A DNA stretch of 64,000 bases. Source: Lama guanicoe. Lineage: Eukaryota. Below the pieces are notes generated by a model that had not been told where the DNA came from, searched no databases, and saw only the letters and a list, made by a program, of their open reading frames with translations. The stretch is taken from contig MU054323.1 of assembly GCA_013239625.1 (NCBI GenBank), positions 17,674,029 through 17,738,028 of the forward strand, in the 5' to 3' direction. Numbering within the stretch: position 1 is the first letter of the stretch; every line of letters begins with the position of its first letter. This document shows, piece after piece, positions 40,727 to 53,539 of this stretch. A program made the translations under genes and the position numbers.

Positions 40727-41103
40727 GGCTTCCGCCTTCGCCGCTCCTCCCCCTCCCCTTACTCCGGCTCCTCCACCCTCCTCCCCCTTTTCCCGGCTCC
40801 CGCCCGACTGCGCAGCCGCGATCCCAGAGGGAGCGCTCCCCAGCCCCGTGCGCGGCCCGCCCCGTGCGCGCTCCGGCTCCACGCGCCTGCCTGGCGAGGG
40901 CAGGCGGCCCGGCCCTAACCGGACCCCGCGGCCGCATCTTCCCGGGGCAGCGGCCCCGCGCGCGGTTGCTACGGTGCGGTGCCAGAAAAGGTTCGCCCGC
41001 TCCCGAGACCGCGCGAGAGACAGGCAGAAGGGAGCTCCTGTTCGCTTGTCACTCCCGCAACGACAAAGTTTGACGTCGCCGCATCATGTCCCCTCCTGAG
41101 CAG
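40725..41103 (+). ncRNA. Possible first exon of a divergent transcript (position of human MAP4K3-DT)
   Basis: Inferred from the CpG island, the plus-oriented YY1-like motif and a candidate donor CAG|GTAGTA at 41103/41104, plus recall that human has MAP4K3-DT here. Boundaries are uncertain. Confidence 0.3.
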
Positions 41104-42899
41104 GTAGTATAGTTTTCATTTGCAAGACTGCCAGTGTCCCAAACTTTTTTTTTCTTAGAAGCAGGTACACACAGAGGACCCAGCGGAGTACCACAGACTT
41201 TCTGGGATTGTGGGGAAGGGGTCGTCCTGAGGAAAGCCCCTGAGGAAAGTGAACTGTGCTGGCCCCGCTCCCCGACACTCGGGCCCTTGGAGTGGACCTG
41301 TCAGGGTGCCAAACAGGTCAAGCCAGGAGGGCGGCCTGGGAGGCGTGTGCACTGGGTAGGGCGTGGGAAGTTCTGAGGGAAAACACGCGGAACGGCCGCC
41401 AGCCAGCCCGCGTGGAGGGCGTGGGAGGCAGGCAGAGCGCAGAACTGAGGCTGGGCTTGACCTTCACCAGAGACGTCTGGATTATCTAAAGCCGGGGCGG
41501 GGACTGCAAGCTGCCCAGCAACCTTGCGAAGGAAAGGTGGGGGTGGGGGTGGAGGGTGGAGCGAGGACAAGATCCATTCCCACACCTGAGCTGTCAACAC
41601 GTGATGACCCGGAAGCTCTATAGTTTACCTACCCAACCCCACCCAGCTCAAGACCCAGATTGCGAGCGTTACATACTATCTGTGTGGACACCAGCTGCAA
41701 CTCTTATTGGCTGTCCGAGAAAGCATGTGGATGTGGAAGGTTAATTTTCTGTGATCCATAAACTGCCCACTAGGCATTTCCAAAAGCTTTAGCCAAGGAG
41801 GTGATGGCCACTTTCAGCAATTCCACTTTGGAATTTTACTTGAGGAACGCTTTCCCAATGCCCTTAGGCATCACGCTTTCTGACCACTAATATTCCCTAA
41901 AGCCTCTTGGCTCCCTGAGAAACTAGGTCTAGGATAAATAAGTATAATCAAATAATAGTCAAGCAAATTTACAGTTAATTGCAACATACGTTTTTATCTT
42001 TGCAATTCTTTTGCTTACAGAAAGATTACATGCTAATAAATTCTCAAAGAAGTTGTGTGCTCTGACTAAAAGATGTTGGAAAATGACCATATCTTCACCT
42101 ATACAAGTAGACTTTCCATTGTTTAATTTTTAATTATTTTAAAGCATCAGCTATGAGCATAGCGCTTAAATTGCAGCCCTATGAGTGCTTATCATTGGGT
42201 GACTTCTGGATGGATCTACCTTAAGGCTCTCAAATCTTGGGAATTAAACTCCTGACTGTAAATGTTATTCCATGGCTAAGAACCCTGCTTTTGTCTGTTT
42301 AAAGTACTTGCCCAGAGTGCAAGACTTCCTTCAGCCTGTCCACATTTGGAGAATTGTTTGGCCTCTAAGCCAAACATGAGGATAATTAACCCAGGGCTCA
42401 GATAAGCAGACCTAATAAACTATCCCAAATAGGAATCAGTCCTGCTCTCTTTCTCTGCCTTTTTAATGCTGGAAAGCCAAATTCTCAGGATTGAATGCTG
42501 CACAAGAACGTTCTAATAGTTTCCCTGCTTTGTTTACTAGGATTATCTTCTGTGTAGATAACTTTGCATTTGCATCACTAATAGACTTCTTTCAAAGGGA
42601 AAAGACATTTCAGTAGGGCTGAAACAGTCTTTAAAGTTTTGTTTGTTCCATCTTGGCAAGGCCAAGCTAGGACTTTTGAAAAGACATGAATTTACATGTA
42701 AGGGCCTGATTTGCCATGTGGATTACAACATAAATAAAAGGGCTTTTGCAATTGACAAAGAATAAAATATTTTGTTCTTTGTGATATATACATACAGCCA
42801 AATCTGATGTCTTTTTTTCCCCTATTCTAATGCTACTCAGCTTCACTAGAAGTAACACTAACGATCACACTTTCTTTGAATCAGAAGAAATAGCTCCCC

Positions 42900-43350
42900 T
42901 CTTCTATGATTAGAAGCATCCTTAGAAGTCATAAGCTGCTTCTGCAGCATCTCTCCTGTATTTACTACTGCTTGAATACCTTCAATGAAAGGGAACTCAC
43001 TGTTTCCAAAGCACTCCGCCTCATTATGAGGTAGTGTTAGTCAATAATCATGAAAATAATAGAAAAAAATAATATCTAACATTACCAAGTGCTTGCAGGG
43101 TGCCAGGAACTGAGATTAGTACTTTCCATGTATTATCTCATTTAATTCTCACAACAGCTTGATGGCATAGGTATTGTTATCTCCATTTTTTTGAGGCACA
43201 AACAGATTAAACTGCTCAAGGTAACACAGCTGAAATTTGAACCAAGTTAGTATGACACAAAGGCCATACTCTTAGCTACTAGTCTGTAGTTAAAGTATAC
43301 TTTTAAAAATTTCCCTTGTGCTGAGCCAAAAACTGCCTTCCCTGTAACAC
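42900..43350 (-). mobile_element. L3/CR1 fragment interrupted by a MIR (43060-43280)
   Basis: ctgcttgaataccttcaatgaaagggaactcact and tgctgagccaaaaactgccttccctgtaac flank a MIR containing atctcatttaattctcacaacag. Confidence 0.55.
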
Positions 43351-44166
43351 ACTTAGAGTCAGTGATGATAGGATTCTGGTGGTATAAAATACAAAAAGAA
43401 AAGCCACGGTGACTGCCCTCCAGGAATTTGCAGTCTCACAAGACAGTGTGAGGAGCCCAGAGGAGACATAAATGTATACAGGAAGATAGAAGAATGATGC
43501 TAAAGTTAAATCTTGAAGAATATGTTGGAGTTTGCCAGACAGACAAGGGGGAGGTGGTACACTTTAGACTGACCACTTAGCCCCTTAAAGCATCCATCCA
43601 AGTAAGCATCACACAGGAGGAAGCACAGAAAGGCTAAGATGGGCAGTAGCTCTTGGCACTATATCCAGAACACCCTTCTGTTAGCCCGTCCCTCATGGGT
43701 CTTTGGCTTAGAAGGTCCCTTGTCTCCACCTAGCTTTCAGTCTCATCCTCAGGATCTCTTGTCTAATAACCAACCCCTTGGATACACTTCTTTGGCTTAT
43801 TGACCTTATAACCACCACTCACATTTTCAGGACACTAGCTGCTCTTGGAAGGGAATACTGAGCCAACTGAGCTCAAAAAAGACTCACTACAACCAGGCCA
43901 TCCACCAGGGGAGGAGAAGCAGACCCTGACATGTCTGTGAAACAATATGGCAGAAAGTTCCAGAGGTTATGTAGCCTAGCCTAGCTCTGAGCCTGGCTAC
44001 CTGGGTTCAAATCTTGTCTCTGTCTCCTTACTGAACGACCTTGGAAAGTTCTTTCAAACTGGGGCTATTGTGAACAGTCAAAAAGAAAACACATGCAAAA
44101 GTCAGTAGTGCCTGGCACCACAGTAATCCCACAAAGTATTAATTACTGTTATTTTTTGTACATTTT

Positions 44167-44318
44167 ATTTTATTTTTTAGTAGTTTGTCCCTCCACCCCT
44201 TTTTTTAAGAAACCTACCTCTTTAAAAAAATTTTTTTTTTATGAAGGTACCAGGGATTGAACCCAGGATCTTGCACGTGTGAAGCATGTGCTCTACCACT
44301 GAGCTATCCCCACTCCCC
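44167..44318 (-). mobile_element. tRNA-derived SINE, Vic-1-like
   Basis: Plus strand reads gggattgaacccagg...ctctaccactgagcta (B and A boxes reversed) with a T-rich tail. Flanking direct repeat gtacatttt. Confidence 0.88.
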
Positions 44319-44329
44319 TTGAGTACATT

Positions 44330-46370
44330 TTAGAATGTTTTAAAGGGTGATAGTCATGAGGATGGGAATGGAGATATGATTTAGCAAGAAAATGCAATAA
44401 CATATATAAGAGAACCTGGATTAGGGCTAGGGATGCCTAGGATGGAGAGAGAGGGAAGAAACCAGGAAATAATTGGAAGATGGAGTTGACAGTTTTGGGG
44501 AGGTGAGGAAGCAGGCAGAGACATAGACGACAAGCAGGCTTCTGGCTTAGACAACTGGGAAGATCCCAAAAAGATGATAGCATTTGGCAAAATAAGAGGA
44601 ACAGGGGTTATCTGGGGGAGGGTTTTAACACTGGAACAAAGTAGATGATCCTGTTTTATATCTGTTAGGTTTGAGGTGCTCAAACAGAAATGTAAAGTAA
44701 GTGGTAAATTTTACATTTCAGCTCTGCTCCCAGATTTGCACACCTCCTGGCACGGTGTTTCTCAATGGAGGTCTTATTAGCATTTTAGGTAGGACAGTTC
44801 TTCCTTGTGTGGGACTGTCCCCACACATTATAACATCCCTGCCCGCATCAATACTGCTCCCAGCCATACTGTCATTAACATTTCCAAATGCCTAGGGGTT
44901 GGGCTAGGGAGTGTGGATGATGACTGGATTGAGAATATTTGCCTATCACATCCCTTTGGAGAATGATCACCCACACCAAATTATTTATCATAAAATTCCT
45001 TTCTATTTCATATGGTATGTTCCCTAGAAGTCCTGATAATGTAAAATATTGTCCCTTTTATTACATTTCCAATATGTAGCACCCAAGTGATGTTTCACTG
45101 CCCTCTGTAGATGCACAACCAAGATTCCCCTTGCCCTTTATTATGTGGTTCCTAGGATCACATAAGAGGGCACCAAATCTGGTCTTTGCAGCTTATGGAA
45201 GTCTTCGCAGAGAAAGGAACCTCTAAGCTGAGACTTAAAAGACAAGTAGAGAATTAGCCAGACAAGGAGCCATTCTGAGAGTAGAAAGGTTACACTCAAA
45301 CAGAAGTAATTCTGTTTGGGGTGAATAACAGATGAGGCTAGATTGATAAACAGGGACCAGTCCATTAAGGGGCATATAATTGTGTTAAATAACTTGGATT
45401 TTTAACTGAGAACACAAGGGAGCTGTCGATGGGTTTTCAGCACAGGGAAGACACGATCTTATTTGTGCCTTAGAAATATCCCATCAGCTGCAGGTGGCAA
45501 ATGAATCTAAAGCAGATGACAAGGCTGGCGATGAGATAGGAGAATTGTTAGGAGACCCTTGCAGTAACGGGTGAGAGAAAATGATGACCTGAATTAACAT
45601 ATGGAGTGATCATTAACATTCAGTGATTGTAGTATTTGAAATTGTGGGTTGAGATGAATTCTTATAGAGAAGATGTATGAAATAGGCAGAAAATGGGTTC
45701 CTAGAGAAACCCAACAGAGTGTGAGCAAAGGAAGAGAATCCAGCAAAGGAGGCTAGGAAGGTGGGACCCAGTATGTCATGTGGAAATGAAGTTGTGTGGC
45801 AGCCATAGAAGTGCACCACTCTGAACTCCCTTCAAGGATTCACCTGCTGTGATGAGTGTGATTAACTGGCAGCCACCAGGCGCTGTGTCTTTGGGAAACA
45901 TCACAGCATTCATGCAGCCGTCTTTCTCCCCCCAGGTGCTCCTAGCCAATGACTGAGCTTGGCCAGCCATTCCTGCCCAATTTGGTTTCCTCTAATGAGC
46001 AGTCTTTGCTCTGGGGCTCCCAGACTTTCCCAGAGCTGCCCTGCAGACTGAGGCTCTTCCTACCCAACCCCTCTCCCTTCTTCCTCTCGCATCACAGGCG
46101 TTACAGCATGCATAGCAGTCAGACACTCTTGCGTCCTACTCCTGCTCTTGTTCCTCTTTATCCTTCGCAGGTGTTTCCACACACAAGCATCTTGCACTTC
46201 TTATTCAATTTTACTATCTGTGGAACTAGTACAATTGGTATCGATGAAGCAAAGAAGGAGGGAATTTTGAGAAGAGAATGATCAACTGTGTTAAATGCCA
46301 AAGAGAGACTAAGGAGGAGGGAGACAGTAAAGTATCATTAGGTTTGTCATCATGGAGGTCAGTCTGACCT
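44330..46370 (-). mobile_element. Fragmented L2, interrupted by a Charlie-type MITE (~44750-44935) and an LTR16-like element
   Basis: Purine-rich L2-like blocks caggcttctggcttagacaactgg, ctaagctgagactt and tgatcaactgtgttaaatgc. Confidence 0.55.
45795..46225 (+). mobile_element. LTR16-like (ERVL) solo LTR
   Basis: tgtggcagccatagaagtgcaccact ... gagctgccctgcagactgaggctcttcctaccca. Confidence 0.6.
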
Positions 46371-46374
46371 AACT

Positions 46375-46665
46375 ATTGATGTTCAGAGTCCCTCTTCTGC
46401 TCTTCTAGCTCCTCTTAGTTATATTCTCCCAGATCCCCTTCAGCCTTTCTCATGCATTATGATCATCATGCATCTCATCTCTACCCCTCTCATTTGGACT
46501 CATTTAATTATTAATATCTTTCCAAACTCTGGCACTAAGCCTTGAGCTCAGTATTCCAAATGCAGTCTGGTCAGTGCTGACTACAGGAGGATTATAACTG
46601 CCTATTATCTCAACACAATATTGTAGCCTAAACGTGGATTCAGTTTTTTTATAGTTGCAACAAAC
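46375..46665 (-). mobile_element. L3/CR1 LINE fragment
   Basis: cagtattccaaatgcagtctggtcagtgctgactacagggaggattataac ... gtagcctaa resembles reversed L3 ORF2. Confidence 0.6.
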
Positions 46666-48728
46666 TCAGGGCCACTGTGCTGCCGAACTCCAGGGGATCA
46701 AAACACAATCTATAATTACAGAATCCTCAGCTCCAACCTGGCGTCCCGGTCAGGAAACATCTCCAAAAAATGTATTTGCTCCCCTCTGATGAATGAGATC
46801 ATCACAGGGACAAGAAACCTGGTCTCGTAGATCCTACTGTAAAGTTCCTGCCCTGCCAACAGTTCATCAGGACAGATGTCATCTCATCAAACAGCTTTGA
46901 TGCACCAACAAAGCAGAGCATAGAGTGCCTCTACCCAGTATTGCTTCCCGGTGAGGTCTTGCAAAGACCAACAAGTTAGACGAGAACCTCTTCTTGGGAA
47001 GCCAGGATTTCAAGGGGGTGCTCTTTGGCCTGCACTATAGGTAATACCTTTTTAGACTCAATTTGAGGGGTGCAGGCTCTGTGAAAAAGAGACAACAAAA
47101 TATCAGAGGATTGTAAGTAAGTGCATGCTGAGTATAGGCTGGGTAAGAGAGAGAGAGAGAGGTGCTGAATAATCTTATCAACGAAACTCCTCATTATATT
47201 CATTTTTTATCCCATGATAGATTAAAGCATAGTGTTTCCCTGGTTCCCTTTCATATAACACCTAGCCTAAAATTCCCTTTAGATGCCCTCAGTTAAAGGA
47301 TATTGCTCTGTCCCCTAGCTCCCAAATACAGAGGGAGGCCACTGTTGGGCCAGACCAAGTTGACCAAGAACAGATGTGGTGACATACACTGTGTTTCCAG
47401 GGTAGATTACTGCCCAGTGTTCTCCTGCTGGCCTTTTCTGTAGAAGCTTTATTCTAGTTATTATTATTCCCTTAGGAGGACTCCACTACCCTGCTGCTGA
47501 CAAAACCTGTTTAAAAGCAATCCCCTCATAGATCTAGAAAGTTCATGTCTTTGGGAAAAAAAATCTGCTCATTTGGTTTAAACCTGGACTAGAGTTTTTC
47601 TTGATCAAAACAGACAAAAAAAAAAAAAAAGCAAGCAAGCAAGCTCAGTTAAATAATTCAAATAACGTACCAGGAGTTTTTCATTATTCCTTACCCCCTG
47701 CTCATGGGTGAAGGCAGATGTGAAGGTAACCTATTTCTCAGAGTGACTCAGATCTCCCCCCCCAGGAAACAGATCTGTTTGCTTGTCCTGAGTTTATGGC
47801 AAAGCCCAGCTGGATCAAGGCCTCTCTCAGCATTAGAGCCAAAACTTCAGCCTGGAGTCTAATCATCTGGGTTACTTAAAGATACTTTTTAAGAAAAAAT
47901 TATGTTTAAATTAAGACTCATCTGGTAGTATGAACGTTCCCAGCTGAGTGTCTGATACCATCAGAAATAGTTTAAACATGTGTTGATGGAATAATTGTTC
48001 TCATGGCAAAAGGAACAAGAGGAAGGAAACTCATGACAATCTCCCTGCTGCTTTGTATTTCATGTACAAATGGCTAAGCTCATATGAAATTTGTGAATAA
48101 TACTGTTCCAGCGTAAGTGTGGAGCCGTTTCCACACATTCTCTCTCTTTGTCTCAACATCAGCACCACTAACTGGGTGTCAGTAGCTGAAAATGTCTGTA
48201 TTAACTTTTAATATCTGAAAGTATAACACTTTTACGTTGCTGATGCCAATGTTTAGGGCTTACCTCTCACCTAAAGAGAGCCCTCTTTGGTCCTTCCAAA
48301 GAAACCCAAAACACCATGTCTGGAAATCTGAGTGCAGCCTGTTTTTTGCTGCTTGGTGCAAGGCCTCTTAATTAGTCTCTCTGGCCTCATTCTTCTTCTA
48401 ATAAAACCACACCTGGCCAGGAAACATGCTTCTCAAAATGCCAACAATGGAAACATGGAAGTCCTGAGGGAACACTAAATTTGGAATGAATGTGAGTTCA
48501 CTTTTAGGAATATTAAGTTTGAGAAGATGAAAGGGCATTAAGGAGAAGCCATTGCAAGGATAGTGACAGATTTAGAAAGTGCAAGAGGAAATTAGATCAT
48601 GACGTCTAAATTTGAGTCATACAAATAAAGACGGTAGAATCATGAGATCGCTAAGAGAATCTGAGAGTGTAGGGCAATGGTGAGCAGCTTAACAGGAGCA
48701 GAAAATGTTTCTGGATCTTGTTTTTAAA

Positions 48729-48881
48729 TTTTTTTTAGTTTATTTTTTAGTGGGGGGAGATTATTAGGTCTATTTATTTATTATTAGTTTGTTTTGTTTT
48801 TAATGGAGGAACTGGAGAATGAACCCAGGACCTCATGCATGCTAAGCATGTGCTCTACCATTTGAGCTATAGCCTCCCTCC
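48729..48881 (-). mobile_element. tRNA-derived SINE, Vic-1-like
   Basis: gaacccaggacctcatgcatgctaagcatgtgctctaccatttgagctata. Flanking repeat ga(t/c)cttgttttt..aaa. Confidence 0.88.
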
Positions 48882-49434
48882 TGACCTTGTTTTTTAAACA
48901 TATAAAGCGAAAATAATGTTACTGACTTCGATAACAAGACTTTATGCTGTGGGATGATTTACTAAAATATGAGTATGTATCCATTCTTCCCCAGGAAGTA
49001 TTTTCCAGCTTGTCTTTCTTTAATGTATTTGTGATGTGGAATTTAGGGAAAGGTTAGTGAAGACATGATAGTGCAGAAGTGAGAAGACAAGGGGGATAAT
49101 TTATCCAGAAAGGAGCTAAATCAACTTTTCAGGTGTTGGAAGAAGGGGAAAAGGGAGAAAATAATGAAAAGCCTAATAAACTGGGTCCTAGAAAAAGCGT
49201 TTGGAAATTTATGTTTGAGGACTAGAGAGAACTGAATGGAACTCAAGTGTGGCTCTAACCGTGAATGGGTTCCTCATAGATGCTCTTTGAGAGCTGCAAT
49301 TAAAGATTGAAATACCTTTTTAAAATTACGGTGTATCTTTTTATGTGGTCCTGAGAAGAGCCTGAGGTAGGTGGGAGCCCAAAACTAATTAGGGTTATAA
49401 GAAGAATGCCAATGGGACATTTGGCAATACTTTT

Positions 49435-49838
49435 TTTTTTTTTAGTTAATAGACTTTATTTTTTAGAGGAGTTTCAGGTTCACAGCAGAACTGAGCAGAA
49501 AATACAGAGAGTTGGCACATAGCCTTCCCCACCCACACATATATACTCCACTACCCTCAAAATCCCTCATCAGTGTGGCATATTTGGTACAATTGATGAA
49601 CCAACATGGACACATGATTATCAACCAAAGTCCATAGTTTACATTAGGGTTCACTCTTCATGTTGTACATTCTATGGGTTTTGACAAATGCATAATGACC
49701 TGTAGCCACCTCTATAGTATCATACAGAATAATTTCATTGCCCTAAAAATCTCTTGTGCTCCATCTATTCATTCCTCTCTCCCTCCCTCTCCCTAAACCC
49801 CTGGAAACCACTCTCTTTTTATTGCTTCTGTAGCTTTG
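49435..49838 (-). mobile_element. L1MC/MB-like 3' end with perfect TSD
   Basis: aatagactttattttttagaggagtttcaggttcacagcagaactgagcag. 17-nt TSD catttggcaatactttt at 49418-49434 and 49839-49855. Confidence 0.85.
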
Positions 49839-49964
49839 CATTTGGCAATACTTTTGAACTGCTAAAATATTACCTGGTCAAATCTAAGAAGTCACAACAC
49901 AGAAGCAGCTTTCGAATCTTTTATAATTTAATTTGCATTGCTTTTTAACATTTATAAACATTTT

Positions 49965-50350
49965 CATGGATTATACTGAGTGAAGTAAGTCAGACAGAAA
50001 GACAAATATCATATGATGTCACTTAAATGTGGAATCTAAAAAACAGTACAAATGAACTTATTTACAAAACAGAAACAGACTAACAGACATAGAATACAAA
50101 CTTATGGTTACCAAAGGGGAAGGTGGGGGAGGGATAAATTAGGAATATGGGATTAACAGATACACACTACCATATATAAAATAAACAACAAGGATTTACT
50201 GTATAGCATAGGGAACTATATTCAGTATCTTGTAATAATCTACAAAGGCAAATAATTTTTAAAAGCAATATATATATCCAAATCACTTTACTGTACACCT
50301 GAAACTAACACAATATTTTAAATCAACTATACTTCAATAAAAAATTTTAA
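49965..50350 (+). mobile_element. L1 3' end, same family as 17640-18039
   Basis: Shares atgaacttatttacaaaacagaaa and tagca(c/t)agggaactatattca with the 17.7 kb copy. Confidence 0.85.
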
Positions 50351-50784
50351 AAATGGGTTTATATTTATATATTATTTAATTTTGGAGTGACTCCTTAATT
50401 TATTACCATCCTTAATTTACAGATGGGGAAACTGACGCTTAGAGGAGTGAAAGCCAGAAAGGGATCAGGGATTACAATTAGTTTCAGTCAATTTAACATC
50501 TACTGAGCTTTGAGTACTGAGTTTCAGGTTGTATTAGATAATTGGGGATGCAAAAGTGAATACAATACGCACCCAATCCTCAACCCCTAAACCAGTCCTA
50601 TTTTGCTCTCCAATTCTCTTTTAGAGGTTTGATCTTGCCTCTTATCTTGGACTGGGCTGGCTCGTGGTGAGACCCAAAGCTGAGCATCACCTACACAGAG
50701 AGCTAGTTTACAAGAAGAATTGACTCCAGGGTACTCTGGCAATTCCATGTCTATGATGTAGTCATCAGAGTTGCAAAGGTAGGT

Positions 50785-51445
50785 AAGAAATGGAAAATCT
50801 CATACACTATGGGGAGGAGAATAAATTGGTACAACCATGTTGGAAGGCAATTTTTCATTATCTATTAAAGCTAAAAGTGTCCTTAAAATCTTACAATCTA
50901 ACAATTCCACTTCTCCATTTGTACAAGAAACTCTGTCATATGCATAAGGAGACATGTAAATGAATGTTCATTGAAGCATTGTCTATTACAGGAAAATAAT
51001 TGGAAACAACCTAAATGTTCATCAGTCTGAAAATGGATAAGTAAATTGTATGAACAGTGGAATATAATATTACACTTAAAAGAAATGAACTAGAACTAGA
51101 ATATGCATAAATCTCCAATAATAGAATATTGAGTGAAAAAAGGTAGCAGAATGTACATAAAGTATGCTATCATTTTCATTAACTTTAAGCACATTACACA
51201 ATACTACATATTTCCATTTGTCATAAACATTTAAAACCATTCATGATAATGATAAACTCCAAATTCAGGATAGTTGTACCTCTGCTGAGAAAGCAGGACA
51301 ATGATAGAATACATAGAAGCCTTTAGCCAAATCTGTATTTTAAAAAATGTGGATCTGAAGCAAATACATGACAAAGCTGGGTGGGAAAGAAAAAAGAATT
51401 TGTTATATTATTTTTTATACTCTGTATGCTTGGAATAGTCCACTT
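50785..51445 (+). mobile_element. L1ME-like ORF2 end / 3' UTR
   Basis: aaattggtacaaccatgttggaaggcaattt and tggaaacaacctaaatgttcatca. Confidence 0.7.
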
Positions 51446-53539
51446 AAAAGTATCTGTGGGTCTTTGACCCTGGAATTCTGGGATTTTTCTTGTGTTTTTC
51501 ACTTGGCGCAGAATTTTCTTGTTTTCGCTTTTCCCATGCTAAAATTCCATCCATTCTTTGCTAGTCTAGCTCTCCTAGCTCAAGTCTCACTACCTTATTG
51601 AGAGTTTCTGTGACAATCTTGTCAGTTCATACTGTGCTCTCCCTTTTCTAAACCATGATAGGTCTATAAAATTCTTTTGTACACTATGTATGTATGACCA
51701 TATTCCTTCATATTGTTGGTTAATAATATATTGTCTTGCATTAATATTTGACTTTACTATACACAAACCTTTTTTCTCCAATTATATTGTAATAGCTCTA
51801 AGGATAGGAACAATATCTTGTATATCTTTAATTCTTCCCCGGTGCCCAATGGAGCCTAACCAGATACTTATTAAAGAAAAGCGATATATAAACCAGTAAT
51901 TGTAACCCTTCCTACAAAACCTTTACATAGAAAGTTGCAAATACTAGTTTGAGCTACATTTGCTTTTATTTTCCAAGAGCGAGAATACTAATGAGCTGTG
52001 AAATGACCAAAAATCAGGCAGCAGAAGGGAAAAGAAGAAATAACGGGTTTGTATATTACACATTCTGGATAATCAGCTCTTGAATGATTAAGTGTGGATG
52101 AGCTCTTATGGGGAAAAGCAGATTTTAAAAATTCATTTTATGACTATTGAATTGTTTTATAGATCATTTCCAGTTTTTGGACAACCCTAGGCCAAATTTA
52201 TAACTTATTTTGGAAAAACGTTTCCTCTTACAATATGCTGCATAATCCCATAGAAATACACCTTGTTATTGGACTAGACATGGGAATGGTGGTCCAGTGA
52301 AACTGAAAAACGAAAGTGTTCCGCCTGTGGAATTAGGAAGGGATTTTAGAGAAAAAAAAATTTGAGTTCAATTTACCCTTAGTCCATCTTGTAAGAAGTG
52401 CTTGGTACTTGAGGCAGCCACCTTATCAGACACCTCAAAGAAAGACTAGTATTAAGTCCAGGATGAAAGCTAACGAGCACAGGAAATGGTTTAGCACGTT
52501 GTCTCTCCCCAAAATGAAAAGTCGGTTATCACAGAATGAGATAAATTTAGGAATCAGGATGGTTACTTTTAGCAAAAGCAGCAGCTGTTATGGTCTATTT
52601 CAAAACTACCACCATTTTGTCCCTGGAGAGTTTTCCTAATGGACCTTTGTAATGTTTTATTAAACCAGGCCACTGTCTCATGGTTCTTAGGCCTAAGTGC
52701 TGCAATACTCAAAATTCAGTTCCTTAAATTAAGCCTTACCTACATCTGTATTTATGACTGCATTCTTAACTCTATAGTGTACCTTAGGGAGGTTATATCT
52801 TTGAAATGATTATCCCTCTCTATCTCTATGTCATTTATGTCCCCAGTGAAGAAAAACTAAAGACACAAAAATATCTTGCAATTTGGTGAGAAAGAGTATA
52901 TTCCCTCATGTTCTCATCATTTGTAGGCATTAATGTTGAAGCAAAGCCTTAAAGCAGTGACCAGAGTATTTTTATAGTAATAATGAAACTTATCATTGGT
53001 CTCTGCAATTTTTCCTTCCCTTAAATAAAGAGAAGCAAGAAAAATGCTGTTATACAGAGAGTATATCCAGTGGATAGATTGGGTTCTCAAAGTTCCCTAA
53101 AGGATAAATGTCTATAACTTTGAATTAATTTCCCATGGAAACAGTGTGATTAATTATGATTACACTCTAAGTCAAGGCCATAAAACCCAAATATTAGTAG
53201 GTGTGGCAGTTGATTAAGAAATCTATCTTGTTTTCTTGACTATGGGCTTGTCATAGAAAAATAAGAAGTATTTTCCCCTTCGCTTCTCTAGAGGGAAGGT
53301 TAAAATGTGATTTTCTAGAGCCTTTAGGGAGGCAGAAGACTCAGTTATCTGGAAGGGGTTCTAAGAAAATGGGAATGACTTGACTTCGGGAGAATCTGGA
53401 TCTCTTGAGCCCAGAAGGAGAAGAGAACCAGATAAGAGTCAGTTTTCATAAAAGGTGAAGACCCATGTCCACCAACAAAGAACGGATCAGAATGATATAG
53501 CCCTCTCATGGGGATGCCGGCAAGGATATATTGTCTCAG

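Larger units (their letters stand above)
39950..41620. promoter_or_regulatory. CpG island / MAP4K3 promoter and 5' UTR, probably bidirectional
   Basis: Abrupt switch to very GC- and CpG-rich sequence around exon 1. Motifs: YY1-like CAACATGGC at 40721-40729 overlapping an ETS core CGGAAG on the minus strand, CRE-like TGACGTCG at 41071-41078, GC box GGGGCGGGG near 41494-41502, E-box CACGTG at 41598-41603, ETS CCGGAAG at 41609-41615. Confidence 0.92.

Noticed and set aside
39685..41744. Many overlapping long ORFs (298, 181, 141 aa and others) in the CpG island
   Set aside because: Low-complexity Arg/Pro/Gly/Ala translations are expected from stop-poor GC-rich DNA; mostly non-ATG starts and no recognisable domain.
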